NCBI GenBank assembly: GCA_039589315.1
Contig: JBDHHQ010000093.1
Location: 1 to 40,998 of the forward strand
Length of the DNA stretch: 40,998 nt
Direction: 5' to 3'
Source of the DNA: Gemmatimonadota bacterium
GTDB taxonomy: Bacteria; Gemmatimonadota; Gemmatimonadetes; Longimicrobiales; Gaopeijiaceae
Shown: positions 19,202-28,265 of the stretch, piece by piece
Layout: each line of letters opens with the position of its first letter
Numbering within the stretch: the stretch's first letter is position 1
Notes under the pieces: generated by a model
Told to the model about the DNA's origin: nothing
Database searches by the model: none
What the model saw: only the letters and a program-made list of their open reading frames with translations
Position numbers and translations under genes: made by a program

Positions 19202-22200
19202 TCACGCTGTTCCCAGTTCGGCCAGCAATGCTTTCGCTTCCTTGAGATCGGCAGTGCCGAACCCCTCGGTGAACCACCCAAAAGCCTCGGCGAGGCTGTC
19301 GCGTGCCTCAGCAGATCGGCCCTGTTCGCGGAGCAAACGGGCGAGGCTGATCCTGGCCCGGAGTTCGTAGGACCGCGCCTCCTGGCTCCGGGCCACTTGA
19401 ATCGCATGCCGGAAGGCCGCCTCTGCCTCGGCCACCTTTGTCTCCGTTAGCCCCAGGTATAGCTCGCCGAGAGTGCGGTGGATCTCCGCCTCGTGACAGA
19501 GCTCGTCGGAGCCCTCGGTGGCAGCATGGGCTTCGTTCAAGACCTTCAGCCCCTCTTCGGCCCGTCCATCCATGAGTAGGGCTTGGGCCAGGAGAGCTGA
19601 ACCCCACGACGCCCAGACCTTCCACCCGATCGCGTGCCATGCCTTCAAGCCTCTTTGAATCGACTGAATTCCCTCAGCCACTTCTCCCTGCTGAGCCGCA
19701 CACCAGCCCGAGTGAATGTCCATGAAGTCATAGTACGCGCCCAGGCCGAGCTCATCTGCTCGCTTCCGGAGGGCTTCACAGACGCGGCGCGCCTCCTGGA
19801 ACTCGCCCCGCCACATATGCGTGTAGACGACATACATCTGCATCAACAGGTGAGTCGAGGGACTCCTGAGGTCCCGGGCGCGTGCAACGGCCTCCTCACC
19901 CCGGACAAGGGCTTGATCGGGATAGCCGACACACCAGAGGATCAGCCCCATCGTTCCGGGTATGGCGCACCCCACGTCAAAGATCGCCGAGAACCTCTCG
20001 TTCCGATGTTCCTCCGGAGCATAGAAGGACTCGAGCTCCTCGTAGTACGCCAGGGCGTTAAGGTGGTCGCCCCTGAGAAAAGCATTCCGTCCAGCCGTAT
20101 CGAGCCCATGGCCCACAAGGCTCTTGTCGCCCACCTCCCGAGCAAGTGAGAGAGCCTCCTCCGCCAACTTCTGCCCCAACCGGTTATCAGGCGCGTAGTG
20201 AGCGAACGTCCAGTACATCGAGTGGAGGGCCCAGAACACCTGGTGTTTCGAACCCGCCCGTTGAGCCAGTTCGTACGCCCGAGACGCAGCTTCCGCCTGC
20301 CCCGGCAGGGCGGTCGCGTGAAGTGCGTTCACCAGTTCCAACTGAATCTCGAGCTCCTGATGATCTCTCTCCAATGCTGGCGGCAGAGCGCGAAGTGCGT
20401 CGAGAGCACCTTTGAAATGACCGACGGCTTCCAGGACGCATCCGATACTCCTGGCTTGGTTCCCGGCCATCTCCAGATACGCCACGGTCTTCTCGGTCGT
20501 CCCTGCCGCCTGAAAATGACGAGCCAACCGGAGTGCGATTTGATCCGTGCGATCCCCGTACAACTGCTCCAACGCTTCTCCCACCTGCTCGTGCAGATGG
20601 ACGCGTTCCACTTCAGTCAGCTGTTCGTACAGGTAGCGTTGGAAGAGGACGTGCCGGAAACGATAGACGGAGAGCCGCGTGCCGTTCACGCGATGGAGCC
20701 CCTCGGAATTCACGAGTCGGTGACGCCTTTCCAGTTCCAGGCTCACCGGCACGACAAGATCACGGACCTCTACCCCCTGAATCCTTGCTGTGGCTTCCAG
20801 AGTGAACTCAGCTCCTTCGACGCTGGCGATCGTCAGCAATCGACGAAGCTCCGCTGGCAGCCTGGCCATTCGTTCCTTGATAACTGCGTCCACGCGGACC
20901 GGCAGTCGGTCCCACCTCAGTCCGGGCGTCTCCACCCAATCACCGTCTTCGTTCCGCACGAGGCTCCCTTGCTCCCGCATGGTGCGGAGCAACTCTACAG
21001 TGAAGAGGGCGTGGCCCTGCGTCTGGCTGTAGAGAGAATCCCTGAAGCCTGTTTCGAGTCGGTTCGGCTCTGCGTCCACCAGTGCGTCCACGAATCGCCG
21101 GTCGCCGGTTGCACCGATCTCGATGAGGACCTCTCCGAATTGCGCCGAGAGTTCGTTGATCACCGGCTCGAGGGGATGCCGTTGGCCATCGCGGCCCAGG
21201 GCTACCTCCGAGGGCCGATAGAGCCCGATCACAAGAATCCGGCTCCCCACCAGTCGTCTTCCCAGCTGGAAAAGAACGGCAACGGAGCCCGCATCGGCCC
21301 ATTGCAGGTCGTCCACGACCAGGAGAAGAGGCCTCTCGCGGGCCAGAGACCGTAGCACGCGTATGAACTGATCCACCACATCAGCCTGTTGGACTCCCCC
21401 ACCCCGGTGATCGACCAACTCACGTAGCGCGTTCCGCTGATTGTCTTTGAGGGCGGGGTGCACATCGGCCCGGGAAAGAAGGCCGCCCTGGATGAAGCTG
21501 CCGACCAGTCCCGGACCACTTTCCATCAGAGCCTGGACCGCGGAAGGCAGGAAACTCCAAAGTCGCGTGGCATGGTCGGCCGAGAGAGAACCTCCAGCCC
21601 ACTGAGCCTCCACGTCTCCGGTCAACAGCCGTAGGATCTCACGGAAAGGATGATGAGGGTCTCCCGGTCCTGTGTGAGCGTCGCAGTTCCCTATTGCCAC
21701 GATGAGACGATCGTCAGATTCGGCCGCTCTCCGACACAACTCCTGGGCCAATGCGGTCTTGCCGCTTCCGGCATCGCCGGTGATGAATCCCACCCGCCCC
21801 TGACCGGCCAAGGCCCCCCTTAGCCATGCCTCCAGCACCTCTGTTTCCTTCTCCCGGCCCACGAACGGCGGCAGGAGTGTCTCGTTCGACGGCTCACTAT
21901 CTGGTGTAAGGAACGGGGGCAGGGTCACCTCGCGCCCGTCGGGGATGTCGTTCGACTCGCCCACAAGGTCGTCGGGGAACTGAACTTCCGGGGCCACGCC
22001 ACCAAGGCTCCCCAGATCGGCCAGCAGCTCGATCATGTCCGCGTAACGGGCCCGACGGTCCTTGGCGAGGGCTCGGACCACGACCCGGTCCAACGCCAAG
22101 GGCACCTCGTGACGGATTGTCCGGATCGCCTTCGGCTGCTCGTGAAGCACGTGATAGAGTGCAGCAACCGGGGTCGCTCCCTTGAAGGGCAGCTGCCCGG

Positions 22201-22822
22201 TCAGCATTTCGTACAAGACGGCTCCCAGCGACCACACGTCTGCTTGGGGCGAGGCTTCGTCCGAGGTAAGCTGCTCAGGCGACCCGTACCCCACCGTGCC
22301 CACCGCGTGTCCGGTCCGAGTGAGACGGTTTGCGCCGGCGAGCTTGGCGATGCCGAAGTCCAGGATCTTCCAGATCCCGTCTTCCGTCGCCCTTAGGTTG
22401 GCTGGTTTGATATCCCTGTGGATGACCCCTCGATCGTGTGCCCTGGACAGGCCGTGGGCGACCTGGCGAGTCACCTCCACTGCATCGAGAATGGCCAGCG
22501 GGCCCCGCTTGAGCTTTTCCGCCAACGTCTCGCCGGCATAGTAGGCCATAGCGATGAACAACTGCCCGTCGTCCGCCTCGTCGATCTCGTAGATCGAGCA
22601 GATGTTCGGGTGATCCAACGCCGAAGCCGCTCGCGCCTCCTGATAGAATCGTTCTTTGGCCCTGTCGTCAGCCACGAGGTGAGGAGGGAGGAACTTGAGA
22701 GCAACGGGTCGCTGAAGCCGGAGGTCCTCGGCTCTGTAAACGACGCCCATGCCCCCCTCACCGAGCTTCTCTTCGATCCGGTAGTGCGATACAACTTGGC
22801 CGATCATCGAAGCCTGATTCAT
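19202..22822 (-). CDS. Ser/Thr protein kinase fused to AAA_16/STAND-like ATPase and TPR-like region
   Basis: GEGGMG, VALK, HRDIKPAN, DFG; FVGRE, GDAGSGKT, LLLVVDDLQWAD; C-terminal A..QEARSYELRA...FTEGFGTADL. Confidence 0.93.
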   Translation of the reverse strand: MNQASMIGQVVSHYRIEEKLGEGGMGVVYRAEDLRLQRPVALKFLPPHLVADDRAKERFYQEARAASALDHPNICSIYEIDEADDGQLFIAMAYYAGETLAEKLKRGPLAILDAVEVTRQVAHGLSRAHDRGVIHRDIKPANLRATEDGIWKILDFGIAKLAGANRLTRTGHAVGTVGYGSPEQLTSDEASPQADVWSLGAVLYEMLTGQLPFKGATPVAALYHVLHEQPKAIRTIRHEVPLALDRVVVRALAKDRRARYADMIELLADLGSLGGVAPEVQFPDDLVGESNDIPDGREVTLPPFLTPDSEPSNETLLPPFVGREKETEVLEAWLRGALAGQGRVGFITGDAGSGKTALAQELCRRAAESDDRLIVAIGNCDAHTGPGDPHHPFREILRLLTGDVEAQWAGGSLSADHATRLWSFLPSAVQALMESGPGLVGSFIQGGLLSRADVHPALKDNQRNALRELVDHRGGGVQQADVVDQFIRVLRSLARERPLLLVVDDLQWADAGSVAVLFQLGRRLVGSRILVIGLYRPSEVALGRDGQRHPLEPVINELSAQFGEVLIEIGATGDRRFVDALVDAEPNRLETGFRDSLYSQTQGHALFTVELLRTMREQGSLVRNEDGDWVETPGLRWDRLPVRVDAVIKERMARLPAELRRLLTIASVEGAEFTLEATARIQGVEVRDLVVPVSLELERRHRLVNSEGLHRVNGTRLSVYRFRHVLFQRYLYEQLTEVERVHLHEQVGEALEQLYGDRTDQIALRLARHFQAAGTTEKTVAYLEMAGNQARSIGCVLEAVGHFKGALDALRALPPALERDHQELEIQLELVNALHATALPGQAEAASRAYELAQRAGSKHQVFWALHSMYWTFAHYAPDNRLGQKLAEEALSLAREVGDKSLVGHGLDTAGRNAFLRGDHLNALAYYEELESFYAPEEHRNERFSAIFDVGCAIPGTMGLILWCVGYPDQALVRGEEAVARARDLRSPSTHLLMQMYVVYTHMWRGEFQEARRVCEALRKRADELGLGAYYDFMDIHSGWCAAQQGEVAEGIQSIQRGLKAWHAIGWKVWASWGSALLAQALLMDGRAEEGLKVLNEAHAATEGSDELCHEAEIHRTLGELYLGLTETKVAEAEAAFRHAIQVARSQEARSYELRARISLARLLREQGRSAEARDSLAEAFGWFTEGFGTADLKEAKALLAELGTA

Positions 22823-22896
22823 CAACTCGATACCTCGACGCGAGCGTCCGGCTTTGGGACCAGCTTGCGCTCCTTGAGCCGGGTCAGGAGGGACAT
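22822..22896 (-). pseudogene. 24-codon stub of a further TolB-N/TPR paralog (MSLLTRLKERKLV...)
   Basis: ATG 3 nt after the upstream stop; matches the RLKERKL N-terminus of the neighbouring family; its TGA overlaps the kinase ATG (TGATG). Confidence 0.7.
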
Positions 22897-22899
22897 CGG

Positions 22900-24876
22900 T
22901 CAGGGCTCGCTTCCGTACTTCTCGAGCAGCGCCTGGAAGCGGGGATCGGCACGGAGGGGGTCCCAGATCGGATCAAGGCGAAGAAGGGGCACGGAGATGG
23001 GCGAAGGGACCGAAAGGAGATGGTCGAGGGCATCAACGGCTGCCTCCGCTTCGCCTGCTTGAGCGAGGATCTCCGCCTCGATGACCTGATAGCCGGGGGT
23101 GAAGTAGACATCCCCTGGAGCGTTGGCCGTCCCCCCGGCCACGTACCGACCCGCGCTTTCTGTGGCTTCGGCCACCTGGCCCAAACCGGCGTAGGTGTAG
23201 CCCATCGCGCCATGGACCCGGAAGTCGTCTGGATTGGCAAAGATGATCGAGTCCAGCATCACACGAGCCGAGTCGAAAGACAGTCGCGCCGCGTCTTCGT
23301 CTCCCCGAATCCGGTGAGCCCAGGCGGCAACGAGGTGCCGGGGTATGATGTAGCCCTGTGACTCCCAGACATCGGGGCCAATCTCCAGGATCTCAAACAG
23401 ACGATCCGGATCGCGGTCCCACCTAGCCAGGTCGAGCCGTGCGTAGAGGTTCTCATCAAGCGCACGGCTGTCGAGGAATGTCCGCAGGGTATCCAGCTCT
23501 CCCATCCAGCGAACGAAGTAGCGCCCCTTTCGGATAGCTGGGGTGTCGAAGTCAGGGGCAAGCTCCAGAGCTCGATCCAAGGCGGCTACGGCATCCGAGT
23601 AGCGTCGGAGGTGCGAGAGCGTGCTTCCGCCAAGGTTGTAGTGGATGTTCACATCCCTGGGATTCAACTGGATGCTCGTGTGATACGCTTCCTCCCAGGC
23701 GCCCCAGTCTCCGAGGCGACGAGACGTATAGCCGATATACTTCGAGGGTTCGGGATCGTTGGGGGCACCCTGTTGAGCGATCCTCAACTCCTCCAGCGCA
23801 GCGTCCAGATCTCCCTGCACGTAGTGGTAGTACCCCATGGCGAAGTGCGCCCACGGTAGATCGGGCTGAAGGCGGAGTGCTTCCATCGCTTGGAATCGCT
23901 GCTCCTCGATCCGCTCGTCTGAAAAGTCCCGAGAATAGAAGTAGGTGACGCCGTGCAGGTACGAGAGCTTTGCACGCGCGAGTGCAAAGTCAGGGTCCAG
24001 ATCAATGGCACGCTGCCACATCTCCTCGGCGATCTCCACGTTCGCCTCAAGCACCCCAGGCCGAGCCCAATAGTCCATTCCCCTCAGAAACAAGGCATAC
24101 GCCTCCGAATTCTCAGTCGGCTTCGCGCCCACTCGACTCTGCTCCTCTGGGCTGATCCTGGCTCCGAGGGCCGACGCTACCTCTTGTGCTACGTCACTCT
24201 CCAATTCGAACAGGTTTCCAGCCGTCAGATCTCGGTCGAAGTTTTCCGCCCAGATCTGGGCTCCGGTCTCATCCAGCAGCTGGAACGTCAGCCTGATCAG
24301 ATCTGCCTGGGGATCCTTCCTGACGCTGCACTCCCCGATGAACCCGACGCCTAGCTCGGCGGCCACCTCGGGCAAGGGCCGTGGATTATCCCGATACCAC
24401 TCGACGGACTCGCGCCCGATGGATAGAAGGGATGAGATCTTGGAGAGCCTGAGGAGGATCTCCTCGTGCAGACCGGCTGCAAGGTAGGCGTCGTCGGCGC
24501 TGGGGCTGAAGTTCTCGCACGGGAGAACCGCGATACCGGGTCGCTCTTCCCCCTCGCGGCTAAGGGAACCCGAGCGTCCATCGCCTCCGAGAAACGAGAG
24601 AACGCCTCCGGCGATGATCAGCAGGACCGTGATCATCATCAGCTCCGGCCCGCTGACTCGCTGCCGCCCCTTCTCTCCGTGGTACCACGCCAGAACCAGC
24701 ACGACTAAGAAGCCCACAGCAACCAGGATCGTGATCGACTGGAGCAGCCGCGTGGACCAATCGAACTGGCCGCCCACGAGGTCCACGCCTTCGAGTAGCG
24801 CCCAGGCCCCGGCGCCGTAGGCCAGAGCCCACTGGAATAGCTTCCGCTCCTTCAGGCGGTCGAAGAACGACGCCAT
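22900..24876 (-). CDS. membrane-anchored TolB-N (adenylate-cyclase-associated) + TPR protein
   Basis: MASFFDRLKERKLFQWALAY + 3 TM helices; IAVLPCENFS..D.YLAAGLHEEI; PTENSEAY; TPRs; DPIWDPLRADPRFQALL. Confidence 0.9.
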   Translation of the reverse strand: MASFFDRLKERKLFQWALAYGAGAWALLEGVDLVGGQFDWSTRLLQSITILVAVGFLVVLVLAWYHGEKGRQRVSGPELMMITVLLIIAGGVLSFLGGDGRSGSLSREGEERPGIAVLPCENFSPSADDAYLAAGLHEEILLRLSKISSLLSIGRESVEWYRDNPRPLPEVAAELGVGFIGECSVRKDPQADLIRLTFQLLDETGAQIWAENFDRDLTAGNLFELESDVAQEVASALGARISPEEQSRVGAKPTENSEAYALFLRGMDYWARPGVLEANVEIAEEMWQRAIDLDPDFALARAKLSYLHGVTYFYSRDFSDERIEEQRFQAMEALRLQPDLPWAHFAMGYYHYVQGDLDAALEELRIAQQGAPNDPEPSKYIGYTSRRLGDWGAWEEAYHTSIQLNPRDVNIHYNLGGSTLSHLRRYSDAVAALDRALELAPDFDTPAIRKGRYFVRWMGELDTLRTFLDSRALDENLYARLDLARWDRDPDRLFEILEIGPDVWESQGYIIPRHLVAAWAHRIRGDEDAARLSFDSARVMLDSIIFANPDDFRVHGAMGYTYAGLGQVAEATESAGRYVAGGTANAPGDVYFTPGYQVIEAEILAQAGEAEAAVDALDHLLSVPSPISVPLLRLDPIWDPLRADPRFQALLEKYGSEP

Positions 24877-25057
24877 GGCGAAGACTCTCGGGCGAGAGGA
24901 ACCGACAGCTCCACGCAGCGGCACACCGAGGGAGGGCTTGGGCCCACGTCAGGTAGGTGAGTCGTCCCGCCAGAAGGCGCGGGTGGCCCGTCCGTGTGCC
25001 GACCCTACGAAGTTGCGGAGTCGAGAGTCCGGAGGGCAAGGCTGGGGTGGGGGCCTG
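24877..25057 (-). repeat. ~180-bp leader duplicated at 36364-36544
   Basis: Near-identical non-coding sequence; similarity continues into the first ~85 codons of both TPR genes. Confidence 0.92.
24919..25003 (-). ncRNA. candidate structured RNA element, copy 2
   Basis: CGGCACAC/GTGTGCCG, GGGCC/GGCCC, CCCGC/GCGGG and ACG..TCA-CCTACC-TGA-CGT stems. Confidence 0.65.
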
Positions 25058-25188
25058 AGACCGCCGGATGTCCCGGTTTCAGGCTGCCGACCGTCATCGG
25101 ATCATTGGGCAAAGACTGGGTCCGCAGTCCGCGTCGACCTACCCACCGGGACCACATGCCGCAGAGGGCATGGATGTGCTGAGGGATG

Positions 25189-27785
25189 CTACCGATTCGA
25201 GAACTCCACGAGCCAGATGTCGCTCGCCTCGACGCCGAGCGAAACGAACAGCTGGTTCGCGGTCAACTCAATGCTATCGAACGTCACAGAATACCGTGGG
25301 GGAGATTGGAACCACGGTCTTGCCGGACCGCTCGGCTGCCCGACGGAGTCGAGGGGAATGCGCCAGATGCTCCGGAGGTCCCGTATGTAGTATAGCGACC
25401 GAGAGTCGTGGGCCCACGCCGCAGAACGCTCGTTCGCTGGGTCTTTGGTGATCCGCCGCGGCGAGCTTCCATCCGAGTCCATCAGCCACAGGTCCCAGCT
25501 GCCATCCAGGAACGCTTCATACGCGATGAAGCGGCCGTCCCGCGACCACCGCGGGTATTCCTCTCCACCTCCGGGCACGTCGAAGACACGAGTTTGTCGT
25601 GAAAGGCCGGTGGCGGAATCGATCTCAGCAATGGCGAGCACGTACGAGCCCCCTGGTCGCGACGCCGTGAACACCATCCGATCGCCGTCGGGGGACCAGT
25701 CATATGACGGCCACTGCCGTCGGGACGCATCAAGTGAATGTACGACCCACCTTCTTCCTCGACCTCGAAGCTGATCCACTGTCCGGGGGGTGATGGCCGC
25801 GGACGAAATTCGGTCGCGGGCGAAGTGGTGAGACGCCGCAACTCGCGCGTGGCAAGCGGCAGGAGCCAGACGTCCAGACTGCCTCGGCGAGTGGACTCGA
25901 AGACAAGGCCGCCCAATGCCTCGGCCCAGCGGGGGCGGGCATCCAGAAAGTCTCGTGTGGTGGTGAGTTGCTCACCGTCAGCCAGTGCTACGCGCGGACG
26001 GTCCGCCGGGAACTCCCAGAGCGTTGCTGCGGTTCGGCGCTTGACCGCCAGAACGGTCGTGTCGCCGCGCACCGAATAGTCGGCAACGTCGAGTCCCGAA
26101 GTGAGCCTGTGGGGAACACTGCGTGCCTCTCCACGTCGCGGGTCGATGGATATCACCCACAGATCAGGAAGCCCGTCGAGGTCCGAAATGAAGAACAAGC
26201 GCTCACCTTCAGCGTCCCACTGAGGTCGCGCCACTCCCGAACCGACTTCCGCGACTTGGCCGGACGACAGTTGGGTCACGTATAGATTGCCGCGGGGCCC
26301 AGTTTGGGAGCTTTTGAAGGCCAGCAACTCGCCATTGGGAGAGAGCTGCCCGGACTGACTTCCTACGTTGGGCAGGTCGCACGTGAGGCATTCCCTATCC
26401 GAGCCGACGGCGGACACGCTGTAGACCTGCTTAGTCCCGGCTTCGTCAAAATCGGTGTACACGAGTCTCCCATCAGGAGCCCACTGAAGCGAAAAGGTGT
26501 AGAGCACGCCGGCCGTAACCGTGGTCACCTTCCGCACAGCCCCTCCGAGCGAGGTCATCGTATAGATGCCGGCGCCGTCCCGAATCGAGTAGAAGGCGAG
26601 GTGCTGTCCATCCGGTGACCAGGTGGGGTGCGCGTCCATGCCCGGGTGCGCCTCCGTGATATTCAGCTGGTTCGTGCCCGCCTGGTCGGAGATCCAGATG
26701 TCTTCGTTACCCGACTCGTCCGAGACGTAGGCGATGAGGTTACCGGCGGGATTCCACGCCGGCTGTTTCTCGATGGCGTTCGTGGTCAGGAACGGCGTTG
26801 TCCGTGGAGTGGCCATCGGATCCTCAACCGGCGGACGCGAGCCGTCGCGTCCGGTCACCCACCACCCGATTCCTGCGGCAGCGAGAGTGAGGCCAGCGCC
26901 GATCGCCCATTGGGTGGGGCGGCGACGCGGGCGCGTAGCTGGATCCACCTCTGCCACTCCTGCAAGCGCGTCGGCGAGCTCGCCTGCAGTGGCGAAGCGG
27001 TCTGCCGGCGACCGGGCCAGCGTCTTCATGACCGCCTGATCAACACGTTCGGGCACGGTCTCTCGCAGCACGCCCGGACGGATGGGACGCTCGGTGATCA
27101 GCTTCGCGACGATCGCGTGCGTGGTGGGCCCGGTGTAAGGTGGCTCCCCCGTCAGCATCTCGTACAACACGGCGCCCAGGGAGTAGATGTCGCTGCGCGC
27201 GTCCGTCGGCTCCCCGGTGGCCTGCTCGGGACTCATGTACTGGGGCGTGCCCACGCTCAGCCCCGTTTGTGTCAATCGCTCCTGACCCGTAGCTGCCACG
27301 GCTTTGGCGATCCCGAAGTCCGCCACCACGGCGTGTCCTTCTTCGAACAGGATGTTCGCTGGCTTGATGTCGCGGTGGATCACGCCTTGCCGATGGGCCA
27401 AGTCCAGGGCTCCGGCCACCTCACGGGCGATCCGGATCGCGTCGTCGAGGGGAAGCTGTCGCTCCCGGTCGAGTCGCTCACGCAGCGATTCGCCCTTGAC
27501 ATACGGCATCACGAAGTAGAGGAGGCCATCGGCCTCTCCCGAATCGTGAACCGGCAGGATGTGGGGATGCGTGAGGTTGGCGGCGATCTCGATCTCGCGC
27601 AGGAATCGTTCGGCTCCGAGGGCCGACGCGAGCTCGGGCTTAAGGACCTTCACCGCGACCTTGCGATGGTGCTTCAGGTCCTCGGCCAAGTAGACCGTGG
27701 CCATCCCGCCCACACCGAGCTCCCGCTCAATGTGGTAGCGGTCAAGCATGGCTGTGTTCAGCCGGGAGACGACGGGATCCGACAC
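25189..27785 (-). pseudogene. Ser/Thr kinase + TM + PD40/TolB beta-propeller, frameshifted near 25705
   Basis: RYHIERELGVGGMATVYLAEDLKH.RKVAVK, HRDIKPAN, DFG, GTPQYMSPEQ; WSPDG repeats continue in a second frame (SYDWSPDG...DIWLVEFSNR*). Confidence 0.88.
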
Positions 27786-28124
27786 CAGCCTGTCCTCGAC
27801 GGGGGCACTGCACCCGCGATCGATCCTACCCCTGTCCAACCGTCGGCATCCCCGGCGGATGGATTGCCCGGTCATGCGGTCCAAACGGGGCAAGACTACC
27901 CCAGCTTCAGGCTAATACACTCCGTCCGGTAGGGGCGTAGGGAAAGGCGAGGGAGTCCGCGTCGGGGTTTGCCCTACGCGACCTCACGCTGAACAAGCGT
28001 GCACTCGGACGACAGTACCTGGGGGGGACCCGCGCATGTGGGTTTCGTTGGAGGGCTCGAAACCCGCACCTACTGATTAAGAGGGGGCAGGTGCGTTCAC
28101 GGAGCTGAAGAGACACGATCAAAC

Positions 28125-28205
28125 GAAGCGGACGGGTTTCTGTTCTACGTGATGCCGTATGTCGAGGGCGAGTCCCTCCGGGGCCGGCTGGACCGTGAGA
28201 AGCAG
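28125..28205 (+). pseudogene. 27-codon internal fragment of a paralogous kinase
   Basis: EADGFLFYVMPYVEGESLRGRLDREKQ versus EADGLLYFVMPYVKGESLRERLDRERQ at 27456-27536 on the opposite strand. Confidence 0.8.
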
Positions 28206-28265
28206 TCTGGAGGGGATGATACGGCCTCTCCAAGCCGCGTGAAATCGGATTCGCTTCGGGTCGCG

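Noticed and set aside
24935..25003. Repeated peptide TYLTW / RDDSPT* read from the three motif copies as a conserved small ORF
   Set aside because: Copy 1 has a 2-nt indel, no shared start is visible, and the substitutions in P1 preserve base pairs, so a non-coding reading fits better.
27950..27985. AGGGCAAACC...GACGC on the minus strand as a c-di-GMP-I riboswitch
   Set aside because: It lacks the GNRA-capped P2 hairpin, the GCAAAGC junction and the P3 receptor.
28125..28205. Kinase fragment as a DGR template repeat
   Set aside because: No reverse transcriptase in the window, and the differences from the kinase gene are not adenine-specific but look like ordinary paralog divergence.
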